Shown: positions 39,232-53,311, numbered from the whole stretch's first letter. The stretch: DNA of 63,818 bases, filler included, from Polymyxa betae A26-41 (GCA_003693705.1; 7 parts of 7 records of this genome joined end to end with filler, not necessarily neighbours in it); one strand, 5' to 3'. Numbers and translations: made by a program. Notes: a model not told the origin generated them from the letters alone.

Positions 39232-40737
39232 TGAAAATTGGAGGGCTGCGCCATTCAGACCTCGGAACGGGCGTCATCAACGGTCCGGGGTTCGAATTAT
39301 TGTCAGACGATGGGATACTGGGGAGGCCAAACGCTCGGTATTGGACAGAAATCAGAGTTGGTGTATTCATTGCAGTATTTCATGGACCAACAGCGGCTGG
39401 AATCTTCTGCTATAGTAGAATCTTGTTCTTACCGGTGGAACCCTGACACCATGTACTGTCGCAGTTCCCGGAGGCTGCGCCGGTGTTTCCAACACCCTCC
39501 TCACCGGTGCAGGCAGGTGACATGAACTGGTTACGAAGAGTCAGGAAACGTGGGGCTGGTAGTGGTTTTTTGAATGTGTCCGCGATGTTCTTTTCACTTG
39601 GGATGTACTCTAGGCGGACCGTTCCCTTTTTCTGTTCGTCCTTGATGAAGTGGTATTTGATGTCGATATGCTTGGTTCGCTGCGAAATTGATTCATTCTC
39701 GGTCATCTTGATGCAACCGTGATTGTCATCGAAGAGAGTGGTGGGGAATTTCTCGGCAAACCCAAACTCAGAAAACAATTGACGAATCCATTTCACCTGT
39801 TGTACAGCGGTTGCTGCAGCCACATATTCGGATTCTGTCGAACTTAGAGCCACGCATTTTTTGGCGGCGTGACCCCCATAAAACTGCGCCTCCATAGTTG
39901 ATTATATATCCACTTGTCGACTTGCGGTCGCGAGAGTTGGCCCAGTCGGCGTCAGCATATGCGATTAGCTTGGGCATGTGGGACTCGGGGTCGGGCGCGG
40001 CCTCTGGCTGCGTAACCTTCTGGACCTTAATTCCGTAGCTCCTCGTTCCTTTTAGGTATCTCAACACTCTCTTGGCTGCCACAATGTCGGCGGCGGTCGG
40101 CTTCTCCACGTTCCGGGCCAGACGGTTGACGGCGGCGGCGATGTCCGGTCGTGCTGAACATGATGCAAACATTAACGCTCCTACACATTCACGGTAGGGG
40201 AACCTTATCTCCTTTTCGGAATTGATGTCTTGACTAGGGGACTCATACGCCATCGGTGTTTTCGTCGGCTTGCTATCCTGCATCTCGAACCTGGTCAGTA
40301 CGGCGTCGATGTACGCCTCCAAAGACAAGGTGATGGTCGAGGCTTGCAGGTTTTGAACCACCTTGACTCCCAGAGCATGTGTGAGAACGCCCAAATCTTT
40401 CATTGTATATTTTTGACCTAATAATTTCTTGATAGTTGCCAATTCACTCTCGTTTGTTGCTGCAATAGCGATATCATCGACATAGAGCGCCAAGATAACG
40501 AAATCTTTTCCGGTACGCCGTATGAATAAGCATTGGTCGGCTTGGCATTCCTTGAATCCGAGTTTCTGCAGGAACTTCGAGACTGTGCTCCACCAGGCGC
40601 GCCCGGCTTGCTTCAAGCCGTATATTGCTTTCTCTAGCTTGCAGACTAGCTCGACTCCCTGCTTGCTTGTCCTTGTGTAACCCTCCGGCTGTTTCATGTA
40701 GATGTCCTCGCTGATCTTCGCGTTCAGGAATGCTGTA
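39232..40737 (-). mobile_element. Copia 3' fragment: RT, RNase H, PPT and 3' LTR
   Basis: YGLKQAGR, LYVDD, YADADWA, KHIDIKYHF; PPT GGTGAGGAGGG then TGTTGG at 39494. Distal LTR end approximate. Confidence 0.88.
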
Positions 40738-41249
40738 CGTGAGCGGACTCTTGGAGGCCGCCGCCAGAAGTGCAAATAGTGGCCACTTTACGGACCTGGT
40801 CACGGCTGCGGATAACTCCGCAACTGGGTGGCGTACTGGCCCGTGCCTTCGCCGTATTCTACGGCCAGTAATCGCGGACCATCAAACCACGGATTTCTTC
40901 GAATTTCTTCTGCGTGACCATTCGGACTTCATATTGGAGTTCAAAGAGGACTTTGTGGAAGCTCTGTGTCTGGCGGTCTCTCAGCGACGGCCGCAGTATC
41001 TGGATCGAGCTCTGGAGTGGCCGCACATCTCGGAAGTCCTCAATGTTGGTGGAAGTGATGATGGCGTTACGTTACTACATGCTGCATTCCAATCTGGAGA
41101 TATTCATATGAAAGAGCGGCACATCCATCTATCAATGTATTCGTTACAGATAATGATGGATTAGTCCGCTCTCCTATCTGTTCAAAAGCCCGGACCGATC
41201 TGAAGTTCTGTCTTTCTTTGCCTATCTAAAGACAGGTCCCTTCATCACC

Positions 41250-44200
41250 CAGTTTAACGAACCCGTGATCGTGTCCGATTTTGAGCTCGTTTTCGAAAAC
41301 ATCTCGAATGGCGGCAAACTTGGTAAAGTTTGTAAAACGTCGCTTCAGACAATGTTGAAGACGCCATCGTTCATTTCCCGCGTTATCGGCCGTGTGATGT
41401 TGACCCCACACATCACCCTCAAGAATGTTCTCTACGTCAAGGGCCTGCGCGAGAACCTTCTCTCTACAACAGCGGCCTGCAAGACCGACGGCATCGAAGC
41501 CAAGCAAGTCAAGGACAAGTACGACATCGTTAAGGACGGACGCGTGCTGATATCGGTTATCCCGAAAGGTGGTATGTTTCGCTTCATCGCGATCCCCACG
41601 AAGCTCGACCCGACAGGACAAGAGGTAGCCATGCCAACTATTGAAGAGCTTCATCGACGATGTGGTCACTCATGCTACGCGACGATAAAGGAGATGATAT
41701 CACCCGGAATCCTACCGAAGCCAGATTCCGAGTCACGACGACTCTATGCGACGTTTGCGCTAAGGGTAAGATGACAAGGCTTCCTATTCCTAAACAGGGA
41801 ACCAATGCACCACGGAAAATCGGCGAACTCGTTCACAGCGACCTCTGTGGCCCAATGCCTGCGCAATCCATTCAAGGGAGCAAGTACATCGCGACGTACA
41901 TCGACGACGCCACAAACTTCGTGCACGTGGCCTTCCTAAAAGAGAAGTCGGACCAGCTTCAAGAATTCATCGCGCTCGATCGCGCCATGGAAAAGCAGTT
42001 CGATGCACCAGTCCGGATTTCCCGCTCCGATGGAGGCGGAGAGTACACAAGCAAAGCAGCAGCAGAGTACATGCGATGCCGCGGGATCAAGTTTGAGCGC
42101 TCGACGCCCGGCACTCCGCAGCAGAACGGCAAAGCGGAGCGTATTAATCGGACCCTTTGCGAGATGGAGCGATGCTTGAGAGCCGACGCTCAGCTACCCA
42201 AATGGTATTGGGAATACGCCATCAAGATGGCCGCCTTCATAAGGAACAGGACACCAACATCCTCTAACGCGCTCCGAGCGACCCCCTTCGAGCTCCTCTT
42301 CGGTCACGTACCTGATCTCTCCGATCTTCCCATCTTCGGATCAAAGGTGGAGGTTCACGTTCCCGACCGGGCGAGAGACAAGCTCGACATGAAATCAAGG
42401 AGCTGTATCTTCCTAGGATACGCTGACGGTATGAAAGCATGCATATTCGAAGACTTATCTGATCATAAGCGATTTGTTTCACGTGATTGGCGACCATCAG
42501 GGGAGCCGACAGCTGTCGAGGTGCAGATGGACGAAGAGGAAGACGAACTAGAAACGGAAGACCAGCCCCTACCGAATCCGAGCGGCAACATCACAGTCAT
42601 GGTCGGCCTACCAAGTAGTCGGGCAACCGGCAGCGTCCGTGCGCCGAGCCAGGATGCCGATCCGAATAGTGACGTCGAGCCACAGCAGCAACATCAAGAA
42701 AGACCGTCCGGGATCGCCAGTGAACGATCGACTACCAGCATTCGAAGGCAAGTGCAGCAACCTCGTGTCAACATTGGCCGAGGGAGACCTGCATCAACGT
42801 CAGCACCAGGAGCTGTACCAGTGGCAATAAACGTACGAAGGTCGAGCCGAACCCCTGCTCCTCGCGAGTTCTTCTCAAACACGCAATCACTGGGGATGGC
42901 GGTCGTCGTCGACGACGAGCCACGGTCCGCCCAGGAAGCCCTGTCAGAAGTCAAGTGGCGCAAGGCCATGGAAGAGGAGTTCGCCGCTTTGTAAAAGAAT
43001 GGAACATGGCAGCTAGTCGAAGAACCGAAGGGAAGGAACATCATCGGAGGGAAGTGGTGCTTCAAGGCGAAGCGGGATGCTGAAGGGAACATAGTAAGAT
43101 TCAAGGCTCGATACGTTGCTCGCGGTTTTACCCAACAGGCCGGCGTCGACTATGATGAGACTTTCTCCACCGTTGTCTCTCTGACATCTTTGCGATGCGT
43201 GTTCTCGATCACGGCGGAGTCTGGTATGTATCTGCGACAGCTTGACGTCAACACAGCCTTCCTGTATGGCGACCTGGAGGAAGAACTGTACCTCGAACAA
43301 CCAGAAGGCTTCGAACAGGAGACGACCGACGGCAAGAAGGCGGTCTGCCGGCTGCGGAAGGCTATCTACGGCCTAAAGCAAGCTGGGCGGCTATGGTGGA
43401 AACAAGTCGATGAATACCTACAGCAGACGGGCTTTATCAGCACTACCAGCGACCCTTGCGTCTACGTTAGCAGCGACGCCGACGACATCACTATAATCTG
43501 CATCTACGTCGACGACCTGGTTCTCGCAGCGACTTCAAACAAACGTCTGGACAAGCTCGAAGGACTCCTCCGTCAGAAGTATTCCATGAAGCCGACCGGT
43601 GACCTATCATTTCTTTTAAGAATCAAAATTTCACAAGATCGAGACGCCAAGACGATTACCCTGTCGCAGAGCGCCTACTCGAAGAGTAATCTCGAGCGAT
43701 TCGGGATGGAGACCTGTAAACCTCTGACGACGCCTTCTGCGGTGAGAGCGACGCTGACCCGCCACGACGGCGATGTCTCGAAATATCCCTACTCACAGGC
43801 TGTCGGCTCGTTGATGTACTTAATGCAAGGAACAAGACCTGACCTGGCTCATCCAGGTCCTGAGCACGTCGCTTCTTTAAAGCGGATCATGCGATACCTA
43901 TAAGGCACGATGGAGTTATCTATCAAGTACGGTGGCCAACCCCAGACACTGACCTGTTATGTCGACGCTGACTTCGCGGGCGACGTCGAGGACCGCAAGT
44001 CGACGACCGGGTACGTGTTCCTGATGAGCGGCGGTCCCGTCAGCTGGGCCAGCCGGCGACAAGGGTGTGTCGCTCTGTCGACGACCGAAGCCGAGTACGT
44101 GGCCTTGGGGACGGCGACGAGAGAGACTATGTGGCTGCGCACTCTCCTCACCGAGGTGGGCTGCGCGCAGACGGAGGCCACTCCCATGCACGAGGACAAC

Positions 44201-44570
44201 CAGGGTGCGATCGCGGTGGCGACGAGTGAGAAGTCAAGTCGACGAACGAAGCACATAGACGTGAAGTACCACTACGTCCGAGAGGCCGTGAAAAAATTCG
44301 CAGTGAAAATTATCTACTGCCCATCGGACATTATGTTGGCGGACATTTTAACTAAGGCGATCCCGGCACAGCGATTTCAAGACCTACGTGCCCATCTCCT
44401 ACATGGAAACGTCGCGTCGACGGGTGGGAGTGTAGAATGTGGGCGTCGACCCGACCACTAGTTCGGAACATTCCAGCCCCCGAACGCGGCCTCCTCCGGA
44501 TGCCGCCACGGCGTACGAAATAATACAGAATAACAACCGATCCGTGTGTTGATCTAGCCTTCGCTCCCCA
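41250..44570 (+). mobile_element. Copia element lacking gag and 5' LTR: PR remnant, integrase, RT, RNase H, 3' LTR start
   Basis: LHRRCGH, VHSDLCGP, SDGGGEY, PQQNGKAER, YVDD, KHIDVKYH, ADILTK; PPT GGGTGGGAG then TG at 44431; premature stops. Confidence 0.92.
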
Positions 44571-44616
44571 CTGTCGTAGAACTTGTTGAAGACGAAGTTA
44601 ACGGACGATGACGACA

Positions 44617-45137
44617 GCGGAAACCCATCCTGGAAGCGGCAGCAAGCAGTCTACGACCAAGGGATCTCAACAGACACAGTCGTAAAATTGCTGAGCGACG
44701 ATCTGATTGGGGTTCTTACTTTGATTTCCCATGATGAGATCGATAGTTTCGGAATTGCTTACGTCCAATCCTGTCTAGACATTGATGCGGAGAATCAAGC
44801 CAAATTAGATCAGTTTTGGAAATATTTCAGATCAACATGGTTAAACAAGTACAAGCCAAATGTCTGGAACATCAACCGTGTTTTGGAAAACAATCAAGAG
44901 CTGGCGAACCGGACTAATAGCCCATTAGAAAGTTACAATGGGAGACTGAATCAGCTGTTTCCTCCGCCCTGTCCAAACCTTAAAGATTTTGTTTACAAAC
45001 TCCGGAAGGACGCTGAAGCTCATTTGGAAAAAAATCTTCACTGTATCCGCAGTATCTGTGAGGCTCCGCGACACACTGCAATGACGACATACAGCACATT
45101 ATGTGTTCCTGCGGAGTATATAGCATTTAAATCGTGA
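44617..45137 (+). pseudogene. MULE transposase C-terminal fragment
   Basis: FWKYFRSTWL...WNI...NRTNSPLESYNGRLN, homologous to 5450-5960. Confidence 0.8.
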
Positions 45138-45683
45138 ATCGTTATCTGAGCCAGCAACCAGATCGCACAATACAGGAACCAGGTCCTCTGCATTGTTTCA
45201 GCATTTTTTCATTTTTTAATTTCCTGTCAGGATCCCCTGTTTGTCATCAGAGTCCAATGGTCCGGGGCTTACATGCAATTCGTTCAACAATATTGATGAC
45301 ATTGCAATGGAGATGGAGCCAGGATCGGGGACCTACAATGACGTTGCCGATATCGTTAATGCGGATCAGGAAATTCTAACTATGGGCTCCGAAGGTAATC
45401 GGGTTTTGACTCGTCGGTCGGGGGACCTTCCTTTTTCTGCATCACCTATTTCAGTAATGGATGTCGCTTTTGTAATCGTTGTCAAAGGTATTGAGCTTCT
45501 CCTCCAACCTGAGAATGGGCTTGGCGGACTTTAAACTCGGCCTGGCCGTGACATTGCATCAGTCTCTGATTGTCCGAATGGAANNNNNNNNNNNNNNNNN
45601 NNNNNNNNNNNNNNNNNNNNNNNNNNNTTAATTAATTAANNNNNNNNNNNNNNNNNNNNNNNNNNNNNNNNNNNNNNNNNNNN

Positions 45684-45893
45684 GGATGCTGACGCATCCT
45701 CAACAAAAACTGAACCAAAACGGAGCTCTGAGCTCCGTTTCAAAACTACAGTTTTGGTGCAGTTTTGAAAACTGAAACTGAGCCTCAGTTTTGGTTGCCA
45801 AACGCGCATCTTTTGCAAAACTGCCGAAAACTACCGTTTCGGAACAAAACTGAGGCAAAACTGTAGTTTTGCGTGGTTGCCAAACGCACTCTT
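45684..45893. mobile_element. Harbinger-like MITE right-end fragment
   Basis: AAAACTG/CAGTTTT repeats ending GTTGCCAAACGCACTC then TTA. Confidence 0.45.
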
Positions 45894-47398
45894 AATTTTT
45901 TTGGCCAGTTTATCTAAAATATACCCTTTTATATTACTTTAACGGGTCCATTAAAACACCTTCTCAAAACCTCACTACCTATTCCTGGATCATCAGTGGC
46001 GGTTGAAAGAATATTTACTGTGGTCGAGATGTGATCGGGCTTCGCAAACACTCCTTAGCTTGAAGCCAGAGACGCTGAGCGCTTCAACGTTCGGCGATGG
46101 TGTGGTGAGAAATGAACTGTAAAAGTTGCTTTCTTTCCTTTTGAACAATTTCGTGGCTCGGTTGCCGATACTAACGCTATAGTATCCGGATTTCCGGGTG
46201 CGATACCGGTAGTAGGCCAGTACCCGTTCGCGGTGGCGAAAAGCGACTTGAAATACTACTTGCGACGGGATTCCGTACATTCCAGGTTAAGAGCGCGGCC
46301 TCTCGAAATGCGGTCATGAATGCACTATAAAATCAATCTGGTTTGTTTGCTGATCGATATCTGGCTAGCACTCACGACCGTCGTAGAGCTGATCGCAGAC
46401 AATGTTCACGGACGATGACAACAGCGAAAGCCATCTGGTGGCATCAGTAACAAGTCTAGAACAAAAAAGATCTCAGCGTAAACTTCCAAAACTAGCGAGA
46501 TGGCTGTTATGTACAGATTATGGGATATGTAAGCAGTAGGGGTATCTTGGGTGAGTCTGGAACATGGGCTCGAGTACCGGTTGGATTGGATTAGGTGCCT
46601 TCCATCTGTAGGAAACTACTGTAGGATAATCATCTAAAAGGCGGAAACGTTCCGAGATCGGTAATAGGAACTCCTGACCTTTTGGTGATCTGCAACCTTA
46701 TAATTCGGATCAGGATTTGTGTAGGGAGCCTCTGCAGCGCCTGTTGCATTACAGACTAAAAATTCCAATTCATGGGGATATGATCTGTTGGTTGCTGGAC
46801 TCGAATAAGAGGTCAATAAGACCAACGAGGTCTATCCTGACCTACCCCTCTCACTAAATTTTTGGGAAGTTTATCTTGGGGTCTTTGAACTCAACTCTCA
46901 AACGCGTTTTCTCGCCAGCGTCACTGTTCCGAACGAACTTAATTCAGCTGTTTTAATCATGCATTGGCCTCCAGAGACGTGATTTATATCCCAAAACACT
47001 TACAAGACGTTAGTCGTAATTGTTGTAGAATATCTGGTTACACATGTAATGTAACCAGAGAATTTCAAATTGGAAAAAAGCAATTCAACATCACAACAAT
47101 TTCGGCAAAAATATCTCAGATTCAAAAGATTGAAAAGCGGTCGTATGCTTGAGAGGTGAAAACAGAAATCTGACAAGATGCCAACAACAACTCCGTTTGC
47201 AGAGAGACATAAACCCTAAAACCCTAGTTGGACCTTAAAGAAACATTGATGGGATCATTCGGATGAACGAGATCGGATACAGCTGACGACTATTAGAAGG
47301 GACATGCTGAAAATTTCATGATTTCAGAGCGTTGGTCAAATCCAGAATCATGATTAGATGAGGCAAACACTGTGAGTGAGCTAGGCTATCATTATTGA

Positions 47399-47471
47399 GC
47401 TCTGCTAGCTCAGTTGGTAGAGCATTGGTCTAATAAGCCAAAGGTCGTCGGTTCGAGCCCGGCGCGGAGCA
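47399..47471 (+). tRNA. tRNA-Ile (AAT)
   Basis: Complete cloverleaf: acceptor GCTCTGC/GCGGAGC, anticodon loop CTAATAA, GGTTCGAGCCC T arm, followed by a T-run terminator. Confidence 0.93.
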
Positions 47472-49763
47472 TCTTTTTTTATCCCGTTTTTTGTCCATTC
47501 ATAACATTGCCTTTCCACAGAATTTCATCCCAAAATGCACCGAAAGCAGACTTTTGCTCAGGGGTCGGGAAAACATAATTCCTGGTCAGGAACAACTCTT
47601 ATTCCCTCCTGAGAATAATTTTCTTGAGGTTTCCAATCGGGGATAATTCAGCGAGGGCTGTATTATAAAAGGATTATTCATGGATAAGAAAGGAATAAAT
47701 TTCAAAACTAGAACTATTAGGACTCTGGTATGTCGGAGTGGAATAATGCCAGATTCAAAATCTTAATCAAAGTCGTTTTCGCTTCTTGTTTGATGGACTG
47801 CATCATCATCGGTTGCGATTACTCGCATTGACTTAAGATGGGCCACTTTTCTTGCTTTAGGAGCAGTTAAATGCAACGGCTCAGCAAGGATTTGATGTCG
47901 TTGGATCTTGCAAACAGCACTTTCGAAAAGAGGATCGCAAACTATGGAAGATCTTGCCGAACAATGTTCGCCTAAACAGTCAAAACGCTCGATGGCCTTG
48001 TCGAATGCATCACCAACTTCATGGACGTTTCTATCCCTACTTTGGAGGAACTTCGTGGGGCACGGCTCGAAGGGATAGAGAGTGGTCGGATTGCGATAGG
48101 GTTAGGGTTTCGGATAGGGAATGAATTTTTTTAGGAATAATTTATACTCATCGGTTACAAAAGAAGAATAATCAATCAGTCGCTTGGAAAAAGTCAGGAA
48201 TTATTCCCTCTCGGTTTTAGCAAAGAATTACAATATAGTATCTTCCCGATGAGCAGCAAAAGTTTTGCTGCTCAATATATTGCCATTGGAGAGAAAATGA
48301 TCCCTTTTCGAACTGAGCTGCCAGACTGTTTTGAAAGTTATCGTTCTTAATCGAGATTGGCGCCAAGCAGTATAGCCAGCGCAATAGCGTTGATGATGAA
48401 GATATGTGATGTTTTCTGGTACACGACCGGTGTATGAAACCCTCCCTATCCTGTTTTTCTCGAAAATCGGTTTTGCCCGCATATGCTCTGAGCGCTATTA
48501 AGTCGCGGCCTTCATACGATCCGTAGTTAATGGTGAAAATTGTCAAGCAAGGAGATGAGATCGTCAAAAATCGGCCAAGTTAAGATGTAACAATTCCATC
48601 GTCACGTTTCCTCAACAGTACAGCTTCTCTTGACAATTTCTTATGCTCAAACTGAGTACGAAACTCTGTAATGGCATTTCTTATAAAAGTGAAACTATAG
48701 ATTTCTCTAATAGCCGGACCATGACGGTAGATCGTATAATATGGCATCAAATCTTTCATCAATCGCTCTATCGCTTGTAAATAGATTTTTCCAGTCAACA
48801 TTCAAATCGATTTCGTGAGAGCTTCGATTCCTCTATATATCTCTCATTCAAATTCGGATCATTATAATACTCGACTAGTTTAAAGATGCCCGGTAATAGG
48901 ACCTGTTTCAGGATTTCTATGGGACCTATAAGGATGGCTCTGAGAGCGCGATTCATCTCGTATATGCTTCGGACACCGAGAATAAGGCTCGCAGAACGAA
49001 GCCTTCTGCATAATTCAGATGATTGTCAAAACTGAGCGATGATCCTGATTCAACGATTGATCACCATGACGATCTTGATTAGCGAAGTGAGATTAGTGAT
49101 ATCCAATAGTCAAATACTCAATCGAAATTCGTTTAGATGGTAAAACGAGATTCCATTCTGACGAATGCTATGTGAGGTAGAATCTGATCGAAGGCATCTG
49201 ATGACCCTTCATGAAGCCAGAGATTCGCTACCCTCTTCACGTTCTGTAGCTTTCGCGCATCAGTCGATGTTGCAATCCTCACGACTAAGAGATTTTGTCG
49301 ACAAAAACACAATTGTGACAGACTGTCCGCAGCTTGAGACGATGTTTTTTCGTCAATCAAAGTTCAGCGCAGAAATCAGGTTCTGTATTGTGAAAACGGA
49401 TTGAAAAAAATTCCTGGCTGAGGATGGATGCCTTTATTGCAATCCGAACGCAGCTAGAAGAGTTGCCTCGATGCGGAATGACAGGTTCACGATCTCGTCA
49501 AATGACGATCACCGTTACACTATCAGGATGCGCTTCAACAGTAGCTGTCAGTCCGAAATCCGATCCCGATCCGATCTGTCGCATTTCTATGCGTTACCCT
49601 AAGATCGGCTCGTTAAAATCTCCGCAGGGCGATCGCTGCCAACGAACTGCCACGAAGTGAGAGCAACGAGTCATGCCCCGGTTGGGGCCAGCATGACTCA
49701 CGGCATTCGGGGTTACACAGTTGTTGCCTTGTTTCTGACGCAGATGTTTTTGTAGCGGCCAAC

Positions 49764-51494
49764 ATGTGGCGGCATATTTTATCGGTATTGTTATGCGGAG
49801 TGGCGGGAGAGATGGCGTCGGCCTCCGTCGATTCGTATCCGGCTCTAGACCGCACCGCCGCAGGTGCGCGACGCCCTCTCTCTGACTCCGTGGCAGCAGG
49901 CCCGCCCCTGGATCGGTTCGGGATCGCAATCCTGAACCCGTCTCTGAACACCGTCCGCGATTGGGTCGCCGACTGGGAACAGCCGCGGACATTTACTCGA
50001 GCCGAACAGGTACGGTCTCCGTCCTGGGCGAGTACGACCGTCGCGTGAGTGACTCGGACAGCGCGATGGGCGGACGATGATGAAGGGGAAGGGGACGTTA
50101 CAGGCAGGCGGTGGTGAGATCGTGTTCGATGGCGATACACCGCGACTGTATATAGAGGCCGCGCCCGACCGACACGGTGTTCCCGGTGATGAGCCGGCCT
50201 GGATGAATACGGAGTTCACGGCATATGCTCGCGTCGAAGGTTCGGATTCCGCGCCTGCGATTTCTTTCAGTTTTTCATGACTGACGTTCATGAAATTTTT
50301 TTGATGTTTTTGTGTGTTTTTATAAGCCATGAGATTTTTTTTTATTTTTTTCGTTTCTTTCTTTATTTCTTGTTCATAGGTGACAATAATGAAAAACAAT
50401 TTGAGTTTTGTTGTGTTTTTTATTTGTCGAGATGATGGGTGGCAATAATGAAAAATTATTTTTGTCTTTTTTCTTTGGGAAAATAAAGCCAACATGGGTT
50501 CAGCTTGGGGAGATGAAACTGCCGGTTTTACGCTGATCTCACGGACCAATCACGACAGTGAGTTATGTTTCATGTAGTTTCGGGCGTCGGCTAACTCCAC
50601 GGCGCAGCTTCCGATCTCAATCCGTGTGATGCTCACGGCTATTATACGCGCGTCGTGTTTTCCAGTACGACCCTGTCTGCGTCTCATTCACCGAACAATC
50701 TCTGAATATTGTCCAGGCGGGCTCGTGTATATCAAGTATGGTACCCCGTGGCGGACCCCGCCCGCACTGATTCCGATTCCAGGAAAGAGTTTCGTCATTC
50801 GGATACGGATGGCGTCGTCTATTCGAATGCGGTCTATTCCAACGATGGGGAATCGAAAACATCCGTCTTTGACTTCGATTTTGTCAACCAATTCCTCGGC
50901 ATCAAAGCCATGTTAGACCGCAAACCACGATTTGTCATTTTTTTGTCAATTTCTGAAGCATTTCTATGTGTTTAAAAAACATTCTAAAATCTTTCGAATT
51001 TGTCATTTTTTTGTCAATTTCTGTAACAGTTTTTTGTGTTTTTAGAAAAAACGTTCTCATTTGCTTTTTAGCAGATTTTAAAGTTAAAAAATAATCTTTC
51101 GGAAATTCCTAACGAATGGAACTTACATTGCTTGTGTGCTGCAGAGTGCATGACAATCCGGACGGACGTAGCGTAAACTTGCAGGTGTATCTGGATCTGA
51201 CCGAAGGCCGTGACGGCGGTGACTGGCAGCTCGCCATCGAGTACGACGACTACAATCTGTCGGCAACGACTGCGTCCGGCTGTCAGTATTCGTACACGCC
51301 CCCGCGCGTCCGGCACGACCAGTGCCCGGTCCTACGGTGATACTTGAATCTTGCCGAGAAGTCCGTACGGGTCCTGATTGACTGGTTTCAGGCCCGGCCG
51401 GGTTGCCATTCTCAGATCCGATATGGTGAACGGATTACATTGGAAATGGGCGTCTGTGAGGGAGATCGACCCGATCCCTGCAGAGGCCGCGTAA
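49764..51494 (+). CDS. Secreted protein (8 exons), beta-rich, putative carbohydrate-active or -binding family
   Basis: Signal peptide MWRHILSVLLCGVAG. Seven GT-AG introns give one frame: LDRFGI...PRLYI...WMNTEFTAY...SRTNH...PCDAHGYY...KEFRH...FLGIKAIV...VNLQVYLD..GGDW...LRSD...WASVREIDP. Confidence 0.75.
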
Positions 51495-51752
51495 GCGCCC
51501 CTCTATCGCTATAATGATGCTTCGTTCCATCAATAATATCAAAAGGTTTACGGATTTTTTCATACAAATTCTCATGTTAAGATAATCGAATAATTCTTCA
51601 ATTGATAGTGCGAGGAACACCTAAATAGATTTGCTGAATTTGACTTTTTTAAAAGCGCTTGTTTCTAAGAACAAAACTGGCTAAAAGAGACAATAAAAAA
51701 TCCGTGAAAAAAAGTTTTTAAATCGAATAGTTTATTGGTGAACTTCACCAGA

Positions 51753-53311
51753 CTAGGAGGCGGACTGAGCGGGGCGGCGTACCAGCCTCGGGCGACTCTC
51801 GAAGGCCACAGCGGCGCCCCAGATCAGCATCGTCCCGGCCAGTATGACCCCGATCATGAACTGGAGGCCGCTCCCGACTACATACAGATACAGCCAGACA
51901 CCGAGTGCGCACTGCATTGGGCCAACAAACGCGATCAGGCGCCCGGCCCAGACATGGAACCGAATCCACGTCGGACGCCACACCGACCCGAACTCCGGAC
52001 GCAGAAACGCAACCCCGAACTGCAACCCGGTCACGATCATCACAACAAGGCCCACGATACCATGGTAACCTAAACCATCAACGTTACAGACAGCTGATTT
52101 ACAATCCATCGTCCGTACTGTTGAAATGCGTGCGGTCGCCGACCGAGATCACGGCCAGGAGGAATGCGATCAGGGCCAGTACGCCCCCGGCGGCCTGGAC
52201 CTGTTTGTGCCGGAGGATGCGCCGCGGGTCGCTTTTGTCTCGGTACCGAACCCATACGGATCCCATCGGGAGTGCGAACGTAAATGCCAGCAGCATCATG
52301 ACACCTTCGACAGCGACAACGTTTCAGCAAGACAAGTTACTAGAACGGAATATCCAAACTGTGAAAAAAAAAACAATTTTGAAAGAAAACACAGCTTCTT
52401 CCAAAAAGTGATACAAAATATTGCAAGAAAAGTTTAAAACATTTTTAACAACGAAAAACTGGAAGAAAAAACGTCAAAAGTGAGTGAAGAAAGGTTTTGG
52501 AGACCGTGTGTGATAATCAGTACTGGAACTGGCTGGGTCATGGCGCCGGTTGAAAGGTTGACGATGAACGACCCGGATCTGGTATGTGGGACGACGACCT
52601 TGGTGGTTTGATGGACGGCCCAGATCATGTTGATGTCGCGATTGAGAGGGATGGGACGGGACGCATGCTGTATGGGCCGAGTGAACGTCATCGTCGTCAC
52701 GCCTGCCATCATAACAATCAGGAAACGATTCAACAGAGCAACTTACAGAAACTCGAGATCTCTAAACTCAAAAACTTGATGTTGGAAAAAAGACATTTTG
52801 GCCACAGCCCGTTTTAAAAAAAAAGACTTTTTATAACAACACTTCGAGGCGGTCGAACTGAAAATCAGGTCCAGAAATGTCACTTAAAGTATTAGAAAAG
52901 TTCGTGATGATTTCCGCATTTTACGTTGCATGAATGCAGTTGAAAAGCGTGTGATGCAACGTTACCTTTTTGGGTGATGACCGAGCCGTTTCGCAGCGGT
53001 TGATCGCCTGCAACATTGACGCCCTGCGGCTCATAGCTGGTTATGATATATTCCTGCAGAGACGTCTTCCCTCCCTGATCGATACCAACAGCCGCGAACG
53101 ACTCTGACATCTTTCCCTTCTGCGACCATCCGACCGATACATATCCACTCACAGGCGCCACCAGCTCAATCGTCACATCCGTAGGGCTCACATTCCAGCT
53201 CATTACGATGCCCTGTTTAGCTTCGCCCGTGTATTGGTATTGGGCCGGTACGGCGGCGATCACGTGGACGACGACGGAAACGAGCCGCATCCACGACGAT
53301 ATCGAGATCAT
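51753..53311 (-). CDS. DOMON plus cytochrome b561 domain protein (CYBDOM / ferric-chelate reductase-like), 4 exons
   Basis: SGYVSVGWS..GKM, MTFTRP, MIWA...PH (DOMON); heme His in THG, RHK, YHG, RFH; GT-AG junctions restore the frame. Confidence 0.88.

Noticed and set aside
47560-48215. Possible TIR pair (GGAATAA-rich)
   Set aside because: Too degenerate to define ends or a TSD.
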